A stretch of 64,000 bases of DNA, from NCBI GenBank assembly GCA_030704615.1, contig CM060731.1, positions 86,924,001 to 86,988,000 of the forward strand. Reading direction: 5' to 3'. The notes under the pieces were generated by a model. That model was not told the DNA's origin. It ran no database searches and was given only the letters and a program-made list of their open reading frames with translations. The position numbers and the translations under genes are program-made. Positions 51,521-64,000 of the stretch are shown here, in pieces (positions within the stretch are counted from its first letter, which is position 1; every line of letters starts with the position of its first letter). The DNA comes from Takakia lepidozioides. Its lineage: Eukaryota > Plantae > Bryophyta.

Positions 51521-52188
51521 TCAATATATGAAGGAAGCCAGTTTGTTTGTTTTGTTTGTTTTGTCACGTTGAGATGTCCCAAACCGCGGGGCCCCAACCC
51601 TGGTGCTTGGTACCGTTGGAAAGCCCTCGACGAGGAGGGGTGCACGGGCTTGGTCTCATGATTTTTGGACCTGCGGTGTGGGAGATGTGGAATTCCAAGT
51701 ACTTTTGGTCGCTGGAAATTCACAAAAAATAGCAAAAATAGCAAAGTGAGCATTCTTGGGACAATGGTTGGAGCCTCGACGGGAGAGATATGAAGGGAAA
51801 GATCTCCGGTTCAAATCTGGTTGTAGGCTCTGTGAAAAAAAAAATGCATTTGGACTTAGATGACATTGGACCCTTGGGCCAACGGCACATGCTACCCTAG
51901 AGGTGGCATTTGGGCCTCGACATAGGAGACGCACTTGCATACATAGGAGATTGCACTTGGGCTTAGATGACACTTGACACTTGGGCCAATGACACAGGCT
52001 ACCCTATATTCTTTAAACATTAGTTCATTCATGTACCACACATTCTTTGCAACTAAACAAACATCCAACTTCATTTTAGTATATCGATTTCAATTCTTCA
52101 CATGTGGGCCTCGACATAGGAGACGCACTTGGATACATAGGGGATTAGATGACCTGGACACTTGGGCCAACGGCACAGGCTACCCTAG
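51521..52188 (+). mobile_element. Non-autonomous Helitron
   Basis: Starts A|TC and ends GC-rich GGGCCAACGGCACAGGCTACCCTAG|T; no TSD. The 3'-terminal block is repeated internally at about 51873 and 51981. Confidence 0.65.
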
Positions 52189-52568
52189 TATATATATATA
52201 TAGGTAAGTAAAATTAAGTTATTATAAATTAAAAAATTGTGACGATTGTAATAAGTAACAATTCAAAGTTTGTTGTAAACAATAAATGATTATCTAAAAG
52301 TCTATAGTCAATACTTGTGATATAATTACAGAGCTTGACTAGAGTTAGATCAGTGACTGGCCAGTTTCTATAAGAGATCTACTCATGGCGCAACAAAGAA
52401 CTTGCATCAACAATCTTACTTCTTTGTGCCTCCCTTATAGGCTTATCCCTCCTGCCTAAACCCCTATAATAATTAGTCAATTTGTATGATGAACTCGTTT
52501 TATAAGTAAATCTTATTATGTTACTTCAAACTGTAGATGATGAGGATAACAACAGTATATCAAATGTG

Positions 52569-53522
52569 TCAAGTAAGATTGTCCTCATCAAGTTCTTGCA
52601 TTTGGAGTATTCCTCCTTTCAATTCTCCCCTGGGTAGTGCCTTAGCCAGCCTGATAATCATGTGGTCAAGGTGGGGAATGACAGTGCTAGTGCTCACCAG
52701 ATGTTTGATCTCATCTGGTCTGTTTTCTTCATACGCAATCAGAAGATGTTGTGCACACTGATGTTGATCACTTTTGAGAAATACTTCCATCTGAGAACAA
52801 TCGCTATGACATTGTTGGGCCTCCTTGATGTTACCTATATATAAGTAGACAATGATCGCACTCACATAGGCTTTACATTGGCTCTGCGTAGCTTTGCATG
52901 TATCAGCAGCTTGACCCCAACGTAATAACACACTTGCTGCCTCTGGATATCTACGGAGTTTGATATAGAGATTGGCAGCAGCACGGTACGTGTCAAAGGC
53001 CATTTGTTCCCGACCATCACTTTCTAGCATGCTACATGCATTCATATACATCGCCACAGCCTCCTCCGGCTTCGCTTCCTCCACAGCCCTGGCCCCCTTT
53101 GTAAGCGCATCGGCCCCCGGTTGTGCTTTACCACATTGTACATAGAACTCACTGGCTCTTTTGAAAAAATCCACCACCTCGTCCCAATTCCCAAGCTCTT
53201 TTGCTAACACCCCAGCTGATTCCATGTGCTTGCCAGCCGTCCATTGTGCTGATTGTCTTTCTTGCCCTATGGCAGCTTTCTCAAATGCCTTCTTTGCTGC
53301 CTCTGGCATTTTGGCTACTTTGAAAGCCACCGCTGCCTGTTCGTAGAGGGGTGTGGCAGCTGCCCAATCCGGTATCCATCTTGTAAAGCTCAACTGTGTG
53401 AGTTTCTCGGCTTTTCTTACCAGTTTTTCAGCATCTTTCACTTTATCCCTAGGTTTGTCACTTGCTACGCCACGCTCGTCCTCCCCACTACCAAAACCGA
53501 AATCGGGAAGCTTGCCACACAT
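52569..53522 (-). CDS. GSNAP: gamma-soluble NSF attachment protein (gamma-SNAP), intact intronless CDS
   Basis: KAEKLTQLSFTRWIPDW..YEQAA..KHMESA..GREQMAFDTYRA..SQCKAYVSAII..LDHMIIRLAKALP..LDEDNLT matches plant gamma-SNAP end to end. First ATG at 53522. Candidate upstream GT-AG intron at 53644-53532. Confidence 0.92.
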   Translation of the reverse strand: MCGKLPDFGFGSGEDERGVASDKPRDKVKDAEKLVRKAEKLTQLSFTRWIPDWAAATPLYEQAAVAFKVAKMPEAAKKAFEKAAIGQERQSAQWTAGKHMESAGVLAKELGNWDEVVDFFKRASEFYVQCGKAQPGADALTKGARAVEEAKPEEAVAMYMNACSMLESDGREQMAFDTYRAAANLYIKLRRYPEAASVLLRWGQAADTCKATQSQCKAYVSAIIVYLYIGNIKEAQQCHSDCSQMEVFLKSDQHQCAQHLLIAYEENRPDEIKHLVSTSTVIPHLDHMIIRLAKALPRGELKGGILQMQELDEDNLT

Positions 53523-55314
53523 GCACACGGCCTAAAACAATACACATTTCTCAACTTTTTCAAGGGATTCAAGGATTCTTATTGCGTATCTCAGTTACCA
53601 TACTGAAACTAAAACTAAATAAAATACAATTGTGGTACAAGTACCTTTCTTTCGAGGATTTGGATGTCTCGATCATCAGTGATGGCAACCCTTGACTTGA
53701 TGTTGGAATTGTGAACCTGCTACACCAGAGTCTCGTGAAGAAGCACAGGTTGAAGTCCTAAAACGGCTAATATTAATAACATGGAAAATGATTTTTTAAT
53801 GAAAATGCTATTAAAGCATTACCTTCACAAAAGTAATATTCAGAAAATAGAAATAAATTTTCAAAAATTGACAAAACATTGTTTTATTAGATTTTTTATG
53901 TCAACTTCATTAAACAAGCCAAAGAACCTAAATAAAAAAGACTAACAAAGTACTAGATAAATGCAATATCAACAATTGCACAATTCTATAATCTTTATCC
54001 AAGAAAAAGTCATCTAATAATTTTGAATCAATGAAAAAGTAAAGACATAAATAAGGCTCAATGTGGAAGTAAAATGATTGACCCACCCTTAATACGATGT
54101 ATCACTAATAATGGAAAATGCCTCATCTTTATAGTGGCTTTGGTCGGAGTCTTCTCTCTCATTGAATTGGCTGTCATGTAAGCATAGAAAGTACATTATT
54201 AGTTGTTTGCATACCTATCTATATCCTAATGAATGATATTTTATTATAATATTGACTTAGGAGTTGATTATAATTAACATATACACCAAATCAAAACGAA
54301 TGACTAAGCCTGATAGGATTACATTGACATTCCAAATATAATTATTTAAAATTCTTATAATAATAATAATAATTTTGTATTATTATTCCTTTCAAGTACA
54401 ATAATATGAAGCAATGATAAAGAATGTTACTGATCCAACATTTTGGGAGTTGATTGTTGAAAATAACTAATACACTATTATTTAAAGCTTGTATAGTCAA
54501 TATTTCATAACAACAATGAAAATTGGGAGCTGAATTGGGAGCTGACTTGCTCTCTTTGTCTACCTCACTCACACCAACACTCTATTTCAACATTCTGTAT
54601 ACTTCAAACCTAGTTGAATGAGAACATATTAAAATTATTACAACCCAAACTACATATGTATCTAGCTATAAGAGAATAACAAAATAATGCAAAATTGAGA
54701 TTCAAGAAAAGTTTCCTTACAAATGTTGAATTTTGTACATGATGGCTATAGTATTTCCTTTTGTATATTTGGATATCTGTTAAATATAGACATATGAGCA
54801 CAACAAGAAACAATGTTGACTGAGGTTGGGATCTCTAGAAAGATATTAAAGTAATTGATGAGTGTTTCTATGAAAATTTTGTACTAAGTTTTCATAAATA
54901 GAAGGTGGGATAGAAATTGTCTGACCTAAAATTGATCAGATTTGAAAAGGTGCGAGAAAAATATCACGATTAAAGGGTAGATGATTATGAAGAGGTACTA
55001 AATCAATAAGACTATAATGTAGACGGATATAATTAAATTGTTAGGATTTGTTGTGTTTGGATGAAAGACTCGACCAATCATGGTATTCTAAACTTGTGCT
55101 AACAAGATTTCACACATACATACACATTTCATTTAACCCCTAATGGACGAGGCGGGTCGCGTCAGGGTGGCTACAGAATTCATCCACGATGTAACTTTGT
55201 CGGATGACCTCGGATGAAAAAAAATTCTGAATGAAAGTTGTGCGCCTTGATGTCATGCACCTGCCTGTCTTTATGGCACCCTAAAATAATAAAAGCCACC
55301 TATCCCGCATTTGC

Positions 55315-58300
55315 CTATCCCGTTGTGTTGATATTGACAACACGAACGACGGACTCGTCAAAAAACACGTCCAAAATGAGGAGTGGTGCAGTGTTCGTCC
55401 ACTGACCATTGTCAATATCTGGATGGAGATGGCGCACATGAAGATACACCACGTCTATATTCATGAGGTTTGTGAAAACATGCAGATATTCCAGGCCTGG
55501 TGGGAGCTCCTCTACATCGTCGTTATATTCGCGTACATCCAACACAAACCTGTTCCGATTCTCCCTCAGCGTCAACAAGATATATTCTCGGGCCCAGAAA
55601 AGTGAGCCAGCAACTCAAGAGCCCGATCCGGAGACAATACTGTGGAGGTGGGGTGTAAGCATGGTAGTAAGACCTCAAGATCTCCCCACAACAACATCTC
55701 ATGTTGAACAGATGAACATTTCGTCTTCCAGGTCTATCTCGCACAACAAGTATCCATTGTTGTCCACTTGTGGGTCAGACCCAAAGAGAATCCCACAAAA
55801 CTGCCCAGAAACTCGTCACCATGCGTGTAGGTTCACTGAACTCCAACTCCACAATAATATCTCTCATCTGCGGTACTCGCAATTGCGAGGGTCGAATCCA
55901 CTTCGTCGAATGCAGGTGCCACGATCACAGGGCTACATTTTGCAAGTGTATGAGGAAGCACACTATGGACGAACAAGTTGAGGACGAGCGATCGGAGGAC
56001 TATGAATACTTTCGCATTTAGGTTTGTTTTAAAAGAACCCCTCTGTGGGCCACAACGGCTATGCCCCAGCGGCTATGCCCACCGTCTGGGCTCTTCCTTG
56101 CAAAGAGTCGTGACGGAAATGCGGCACCGCATTTCCATCCACAGGGACAGTAAGGCATGGTGGAGAGGAAATGCGGTCCCGCATTTCCATCCACGGTGAC
56201 ACAGAAGACAAGGTTGAATTGTCCAATCCGTCTCTACTAGACCTCACAGTCTGCAATGGCTGGGTCTAAGGAACTGGAAATGGGTGGGCCGGGACGTCTG
56301 TGCGTTGCAACATTCGAAATCCCGCTGCAGAAAGAGCAACCGCCTCATTCTGAGAGAGGTTGCAACCCGGTGCAACAGGCCAGACGATGGGAGGCTCTGG
56401 CATTCCCTGAATCCCGTACTTAGGCCTGTCAAATACACAAGTCATTATGTCGTGCCTACAGAACCAAAATATCTGCATCACCGCTGCGAAAAATCTGGCA
56501 GTCATAAATCTGCCGCTGAAACAAGGTGCAGATACAGCACCGTGTGGGTTCCTCCGAATTATCTCACCGCAGTATGCTCTTGTATCCACCCGGATGGCGC
56601 AACACTTCCCTCGAAGTGCAGGCATTGTCCTTGCAATTCTCCACTACATGACTCCGACACTCTTGTCTCGACAATAGGTACATTGTACTGTGTGACAACA
56701 GATGGCTCAGAATGTTCCTCGGGCACGTGCCATGTGTTCAAAGGAGATGGCGATCTTGAACGTGGAGGGCTTGCGGTGCTGGACGAGACGTCCTCAGGCA
56801 ACATTATGGGACCTCGAGGGAGCATGTGAATATTCTTGTCAGCTCGTCAGGAATCCTCTTCTCCGCCAGGTGGATCGTCAATTCGTCGTCTCACTGGACG
56901 GGTGCAAACATCTCCTTCCAGGTGCTCGCCTCTTCGAAGCATTGGCGTGTGTCGAAGGCCCTCTCGCAAGGCTGCTGCCCACTTCCGAGGATTCTTGGAT
57001 CTAGAGGCACTCCGCATCAGCATTTCCTGCCTGTCCGGCCCCGAGCCCCACTGTTTCTTTTTTCAAAAAATCGTTGTATCTGAAATGTTGCATGATTGAC
57101 CTCACAATGTCTTCCGTTGTGGCAGTGAGGATGTTCACCAGATGCGCCGCAAAGGAGGCATGCCATGAAGAATGCACTGATTCGGCCATGTTTGTTGTCG
57201 GCATGTCGGTGTCGGAGTCCAGACACATATCCTACAGATGCACATTCTCAGGTTAGAAGCAAGTTACAAAGCTTGACAACCATAATATTGTTGGGGACGT
57301 GAAATCGTTCAACTCACCTCCCGCATATACTCGCCGAACTGGAGGTTACGATAATGCCACCATGCAAGCCAACTGACCATTGCTCCCTCGTCTGATTTCT
57401 TTACAACACCTGACATTGTCCACCAAGCCCGTATACATGCAAACTCTATCTCTAAATCATCCAAAGTGGGAGCATTCTTCCATGCAAGACACATGAAACG
57501 GTGGTCCTCTCCTGAAAGCTGGTGCCACGAACCTAGTTGTGTACTGCGACTAGCTTTGCAGAAAATGGAACCCACAAGATCTCTCATTTCCTTCCATTGG
57601 AACATTCGGTTCCTCCCCGTACACCCTTCGGACTGCAGCCCAATTTGCTTGTGCGTTGTCCGCCATGAAACCACGGAAATTCGGCTGGGGCAATCCCGCC
57701 TTGGCCATCTGTTCGTTCATTTCCCTGCCAAAGGTGCATCTCCGATTGTGTGTACTCCTCTTTCATTTCACAAATAGCAATGGTCATTAGCATTCTGCAA
57801 TGGGGGTCGTAGACATGTGCACCCATTGTCACCCACTGGTGATTTGTAATGCGCTTGATATGGTCGAACATGACCCAACTGTTTGACAAGTCTCCACTCG
57901 TCATCCGGTGGACTAGATCCACGCAGCTACCTACACCACACGTTGACATTTTGAATATGAATCAACGATCTACCTCACTCCCTTGTCCTGGAAACCGACT
58001 TCCATGAATGAAGTCATATCCACATCGTCGCTTGATCTCCAGAATGAAATGCATATCCGAGCCTCGCCCAATTTTCTGTTTGCAAGAGACAATGTGATTT
58101 CTGACATCGGGGAACAGATGTGGGACACCTATTCTAGCAATGCGTCCATTTCATTCTCATCGAGAGGAACTCTGTCGGAGCCATCTTCCGACATTATTCT
58201 GCCCAATGCCATCTTATGGGCGGCCTGCAACTGTATCTGTTTCGGTTTCGCACCAGGTCTCAACTTCACGTCATCCTAAATGAGCTGCTCTACTTCCTGG

Positions 58301-58380
58301 GCAGCCTCCCGTGAGTTCCCCCTTGCCAATTTGTGACAGTGCACACCAATGCAAGCTCGTGTGACGTCTGGCAAAAGGTA
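55315..58380 (-). pseudogene. MULE/Mutator-type DDE transposase with degenerate C-terminal (SWIM-like) region
   Basis: WVMFDHIKR..WVTMGAHVYDP..MTIAICEM, FQWKE, WLAWWHYR, PTTNMAESVHSSW (catalytic Glu motif). Intron-like break near 57237-57320. Frameshifts present. Confidence 0.7.
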
Positions 58381-59334
58381 CACACATAGCAGGAACGCTA
58401 AACCGTGAGTGGTGAGCTTAGAGCGGTGAGCGGTGAGCTCGAAATCGTGAGCCCATAATATAAATTATGTATGATTATGAGCATGGATGGATCATCAAAA
58501 TATTAAGAAAGGGGACGTATTTTCGCGGATTACTGTATAGCGACCTTACATCCGAGGAAGCAAAAAATTGACAATTCAACAATGACAAAAAATGTACTTC
58601 AAACTATATCAAAAGACTGGAACACAAGATCAATGAATGCATTTGGTTGACACTCACGTAAATACACCAAATTGGTCATAAAAAGCATTGAATCAAATAT
58701 CAGAAGAGTCTTCCACTCCTTTCATAGTTCTGAAGGATAAGATTTCTAGTACAATGTCCCAAAAAGCACCCTATCGGACTTGAAGATTTTTCTTTCTATG
58801 AACAGAGAATCCACTTCCAAATTGAATTGAAGTGCAACATCTTATGCCTCGACAATAACAAACCCACCCTCATCCATACCTAATATGAATGGAATGAATT
58901 TCCATCAACGTATAAAGATGCATCCTAGGCATGTCACAGGCTATTGCAAGCCAAATATGATGCCGGAAACAATGAGAAAGAGAACATGACACTATGTGTA
59001 CAACCTGGAGGGCTATGTACAGTATCATGATAACAAACACACCGCCACAGACTCATCAATAGCACTACAAAGGAAGAATATTTATGAAGTCATCGTATTT
59101 AATTCTTACACATCCCATATCATCATTCTGATTTTATGATTAAAATCCAAATAGAAACTCATACCCATATTTTGCATGATTAGACACTGGACCAAAATAC
59201 TATTTTTTTTAATTTAGTTTTAAAATATCATTTTATCTTATTTCAATAAAAACTTATCTAGGATATTTAAACTGATATGAAGATATAAATATATATACCA
59301 ATATATAAAATTATATATTCAGATTCAAAAGTGT

Positions 59335-60117
59335 CAGGCCGAATCTACCAACAAAATATTATGCACTATCTTAACTAAGATAGTAAATGCCAATCGTACA
59401 GATTGGGACACCAAATTGAACACAGCACTATGGGCATTGAGGACATCATACAAGGTGACCACGAAGCATACACCATTTCAACTGGTGTATGGAGCAGAGG
59501 CACTATTACCCATTGAATGTATGATACCCACACTACGAACCGGAACTCATGAACGATGGGGTTTAGAAGAATCCTTACGAGTCAGGGAATATGAGTTATT
59601 CCATTTGGAAGAAGTTCGAGCAGATGCCGCAGATAATATGGCACGGCTTCAGGAACAACGAAGGAAAAGAATATTTGAAGGGAAAGAGAAATCTTTCCAG
59701 GACGGGGACATTGTATTATGGTTACCAAAAATCAAGAAGATCAAACTGGGCGGAAAATTGAAAATGCCATGGATGGGACCATTTCAAATCAAAAGGGTAC
59801 ATGACAATGGAACTGTTGATTTGCAAACCTTGGAACAAGAATTCGTGGGACGAATTAATATTAACAAGTTAAAAGGCTACCAGGGAATACATGACAAAGC
59901 CCTTATACATGATTTATACGCCAACGAGGAAGATCAAGCTGAAGATGAGGAGCGCGAAACCACCAATGCCTACTACATTCATCACGACACGATGAATCAG
60001 CATGTACTAAGACAGGTGGCAACACGAATTCAGGGCACCACGACGGCTAGACCACCATTTATCTGGAGGACAGCATTACCACCCCGTATACCATATGGTG
60101 AACCGTGGCCAGCATAG
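59335..60117 (+). pseudogene. Non-chromoviral Gypsy (Athila/Tat-like) integrase C-terminal part, 5'-truncated
   Basis: QAESTNKIL..DWDTKLNTALWALRTSYK..TPFQLVYGAEALLPIE..WMGPFQI (GPY/F motif). Confidence 0.88.
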
Positions 60118-60809
60118 ATGCCCTACAGAACAGTGAACGAATACGAAACGGCCAACGAGTCACTGATTGTGTTAAACTCCGAGATGTACGCTCCAGATCA
60201 ACCCACCGATAGTGGTAATCATACACCACTACCCTTCGATCATAACATAGAGGCAGAACGACGGCGCAATCCAACGGATTGCCAAAAGACGGCGGATGAT
60301 AAGGGCAAAGCCATTAAACCAAGCTGCAAGTACTGCGCCCACGCCGCCCATCTAAAAACGGACCACGTACCAAAGTGGATGAACACAGCTCAGAGGGATG
60401 AACATAAACTGACCGAAACTAGACAATCATCACGACCATCAGTTTTAAACAAAACAAATCACAAAGAAAAAACCAACGGAAGAAAATCAAGCACAAAAAG
60501 GATGAAGTTTTCTCAAAACCGTTACCTGAGGCTAAATGCTTCTTGGTAAGCCTGGGCCCAACAATTAAAGCTAACTACACTTTAAACCTAGGCAACCAGC
60601 AGGACAAAATTACCTCCATGAGAACCTCGAGAGAAGTTAGAGGAGAAACCTACAGAGAGGAACCCCTACTTAAACCCAGGAGCGAACTCCTCACATTCTC
60701 TTCCGCAAACTGGAAATTACTGTATACACAACTTCCAGTGTGCTTCATACTGCTTGTGATACAGGAATTGGTGCTCCAATTCCTTACAGCAACCGCGAGA
60801 CTAAGAGAA

Positions 60810-61812
60810 ATGGCAGGCACCAAGCGGAAGGCACCAAGTTCTTATGCGTAAGTCAATTTCAAAATCAGCCCGACATTGCGGAAGATTGAGCAGGACATAG
60901 AGACACAGGAGATGTTGGACAGTCTTGGCCTGCGATACTTCATCACCACGCTGGACTGGAACCTGAAGCACGACGAGCTATGCAAGGAGTTCTTGGAGAA
61001 TTACAACACCAGCACTCGGAGCACAAATGTCCACGACACGCACATCCTGCTGACAGAGAAGTACTTGGCGGAAGTATTTCACCTTCCCAGTCTGGACGTA
61101 CCACCGCACACCGGCAAACCTCCAAGGTTTGTACTTGCAGATTTGTTTGAGAATCTCAACCAAGCAGATCAAGGCTACACATGCAGCCACAGCAAAAACC
61201 CTGGCTTCAGGAAGATAGCCCCAGTACTTAGCACATTGCTTTGCCTCAGGCAAAACCATAGCTACTATATCAAGGAGCTAATCGACCAAGTGTTGATTTG
61301 CTTCAATGGGCAAATCGTGAATTGGGCAAGCTTCTTATTGAAGAAGTTAACTCAAGAACTGACCAGGTTGACAAAGAAGAAGAAGGAAGCAACTGTTACC
61401 ATGGCGACTCCCTTGTTACTCCAGATGATTTGACACACTGTACACCTAACGGCCGAAGAGCAAACGACGTTGGGAATTATGCAAAGGGTAGACACAATGG
61501 AGGAAGAAGGAAGTGAGACGGCAGCAGGTCAGGAAGAAGAAGAGGGCGGACTTGCAAAGAGAGCCCGGATCAACGAAGCAACCACAAGTGCAGCAGCAGA
61601 GGACATCATCAACTCGACGGCTGATTCCCCAGTACAGAGAGAAGGGGAGAATCAACAGCCAGAAGGAGGGAACAAACCACAGACCAACGAAGCAACGCCC
61701 ATGGAAATTAGCCATGGCAACACCGAAGCACAGCAAGCAGCACACACAGAAGAAGGAGACATAGTGGCGCAGCAACAGCAGATGGTGCAAGAGGCACCGA
61801 GTCAGCAGCAGC
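60810..61812 (+). pseudogene. Gypsy extra 3' ORF (Athila/plant-transposon-protein-like), decayed
   Basis: MAGTKRKAP..LGLRYF..LCKEFLENY..LAEVFHLP..IVNWASFL then an acidic linker; lies downstream of integrase in the same orientation. Confidence 0.6.
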
Positions 61813-61814
61813 AA

Positions 61815-62820
61815 GACAGAAGCTGCAGCCTCCATCAGCCACACCAAAGTATACATCCAAAAATGGACTCAATCAAATGTATTGCACCATAAACTCTCAA
61901 ATCATTTCTGACTAACCAAAGCTACCACTGTCGCACAAATCTGACAAACACTCAAATTCAGATACGCCCAATACATGGGTCACCAGCGCAAACACATCTT
62001 CTGGCCTCATCCCCATACTGCCCATTATGTTTAACCACTCACCAAGCTCGTGACACCTGGCCACATCTCCTCAGCCAATGTACGCACCCGATCATACATG
62101 GCCTTCATATCACGCGACACAACCAAGCAGTCTAGTATCTCCATAAGCTCTTTCTGAAACCAGATGGTTCTCACTCATAAACGCTGGTACCTACCAAGGT
62201 CGGCCACCCGACCACACTGTGCCACCCTGGCTGCTACCATGCATATGTACCCGATCACCATGTTCATGCCCTGCTAGGCTTTGCCTGGACATACTCCTTG
62301 TACAAGGCCTACCCATTAACACCCTACCCCCACCTCACCATCCCCACAATTCACCAATCATTTCATTGAATTCACATTTTGCCACGATCGTTACCCCAAT
62401 GACTCGATTTTAGAAAAACGTCAAAAATATGCCTCGCTTATCCTTGCAATCCGACGGTATGGCTGGAAAACTGGCCCATTAACCGTCATCACCGCCGGTA
62501 CTCGAGGCGGCATTCATAACGCCAGTATCAAGGAATACATGATAACTTCAAAATTCCCACTCTTCCCATCCACAAATGCTTCAAAGCAATTCACCTCACG
62601 GCACTCCGTTCACTCACAGCTATTATCACCAACAAACGCCAACTGGAATCCGGCACTTCAAACGCACCCTAGGTCCCCCAGGGTACCACAGACTCCCCTA
62701 CTTTCTACGGTCACTTGGTGTCCCATAGGACACCTTTCCTTTTATAGGGCCCACCCCCAAAAGGGGGCAATAGCCACAAGGCGAAGTGGCTCTTAGTTAC
62801 GCCGGCTTCGGCCGGAGTCT
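61815..62820 (+). mobile_element. 3' end of an RLE-endonuclease non-LTR retrotransposon (Dualen/RandI-like), 5'-truncated
   Basis: CPLC..DTWPHLLSQC..RHNQA zinc knuckle; PPWLLP..RLCLDILLVQ..IEFTFCHD..KRQKY..GW..VITAGTRG (PD-(D/E)xK-type RLE); hairpin-rich 3' UTR. Confidence 0.7.
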
Positions 62821-63071
62821 TTTCTTTCCCTTCAACATGGATGAAAAGTCTTAGAGGCAAAATGAAAGCTGGCTTTTCATCCATCCAATTGGATGACCAG
62901 TTGGCGCGAGTTGTCATTTCATCCATCCAGCTCCTCCAGGCGAATTTCAGGATTTTTCATCCATCCAAGGAGTAGAAATTCAAATAATCGACCCCCATGA
63001 GTGCCGTCGACTCAATAATTTGGCGCCGCTGCTAATCAGCTCCATAAATCACCAAACTTGGTGACAAACTA

Positions 63072-64000
63072 CCCTGGTTATCAGCGTCACGTCCGTCAGT
63101 CAAAGTCAAATCACATCAGACCTGACGCTAACGGGACCTCCGTCACGTCAGGTTCCGGGAATATTCTAGTAAAACACATACCAGGTAAAATATTGCCACT
63201 TAAGCAGCCACATCGCTGACACGGTGGCCGTGGCAAATACATTTTGAAAAATACTAAAATGAAAGTGACCGCCAATTCTGGCGGTCGCTTTATATTTCGG
63301 AATTTTAGAAATAAGAGCGACCGCCAACATGGCGTTCGCTTACATTTTTTATTAAAAAAACAAAATTGTCGGTCGCATTGGCGGTCGTCTAATTTAAAAA
63401 GAAAAATAGCGACCTCCATATTGGCGGTCGCATAATTTTGAGAATATATAAAAAAACAAACGACTGCCAGAATTGGCGGTCGCTTAATTTCAATAACATA
63501 TAAAAAGCAAGCGACCACCATAATATGGCGATCGCTTTATCTTACAAATATGTAAAAAAAACCAGCGACCGCCATAATATGGCGGTCGCTATATTTTAAA
63601 TATATTTAAAAAACCCAGTGACCGCTATAATATGGCAGTCGCTTTATTTTAAATATATATATATATATACATAACCCGTGACCGCCATAATATGGTGGTG
63701 GCTTTAATTCAATTTTTTTTTTAATAAAAATGACTGCCATAATATGGCGGTTGCTTTATTTTAAAAATATTTAAAAAAACCAGTGACCGCCATAATATGG
63801 TAGTCGTTTTTATTCAAAAATTTAAAAATAAAACAGCGACTGCCATAATATGCCGGTCGCTTTATTTTAAAAATATTTTTAATTTCAAAAAATGCAGCGA
63901 CCGCCAGTAATGGCGGTCACATTTATTTTTTATTTTTAAAAAATAGAACGACCGCCATAATTGGTGGTCGCTTGTATATTTTTAATTTCTGAAAATGCAG
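63072..64000 (+). mobile_element. Terminal region of another copy of the GCGACCGCC-repeat hAT family (runs off the window)
   Basis: Matches 6335-6550 and continues into the same subterminal array. Confidence 0.85.

Noticed and set aside
58510-58538. Possible pogo-like terminus (TA|CAGTAATCCGCGAAAATACG on the minus strand)
   Set aside because: No matching partner TIR found in the window.

Overview
Eukaryotic, TE-saturated (heterochromatin-like) genomic DNA from a green plant, probably a bryophyte (inferred from the plant-type gamma-SNAP, RPP2, MAT1 and Obg sequences and the TE families present). There is a 500-N assembly gap at 31719-32218. The only intact host-like gene is gamma-SNAP (52569-53522, minus strand), whose CDS is intronless. 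The rest is nested, mostly decayed mobile DNA: a pogo-type transposase, an internally inverted hAT element, two hAT-type MITEs with 8-bp TSDs, a TnpA/Ptta-like gene, a full-length chromovirus (43735-50415) plus a second partial copy, a non-autonomous Helitron, a MULE transposase, a non-chromoviral Gypsy fragment with an extra ORF, RLE-type LINE fragments and several subterminal repeat arrays. The highlight is a retroelement-type polyprotein in which an aspartic protease runs in the same frame into a DNMT3-like C5-cytosine methyltransferase (34548-36840, minus). It carries in-frame stops and is truncated by the chromovirus insertion. Other notable items are a TE-associated SET-domain exon, several TE-associated RING fingers, a mosaic of apparently spliced mRNA fragments (RPP2/MAT1/Obg) and a cluster of three long hairpins. 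All calls are by eye; no database searches were run.
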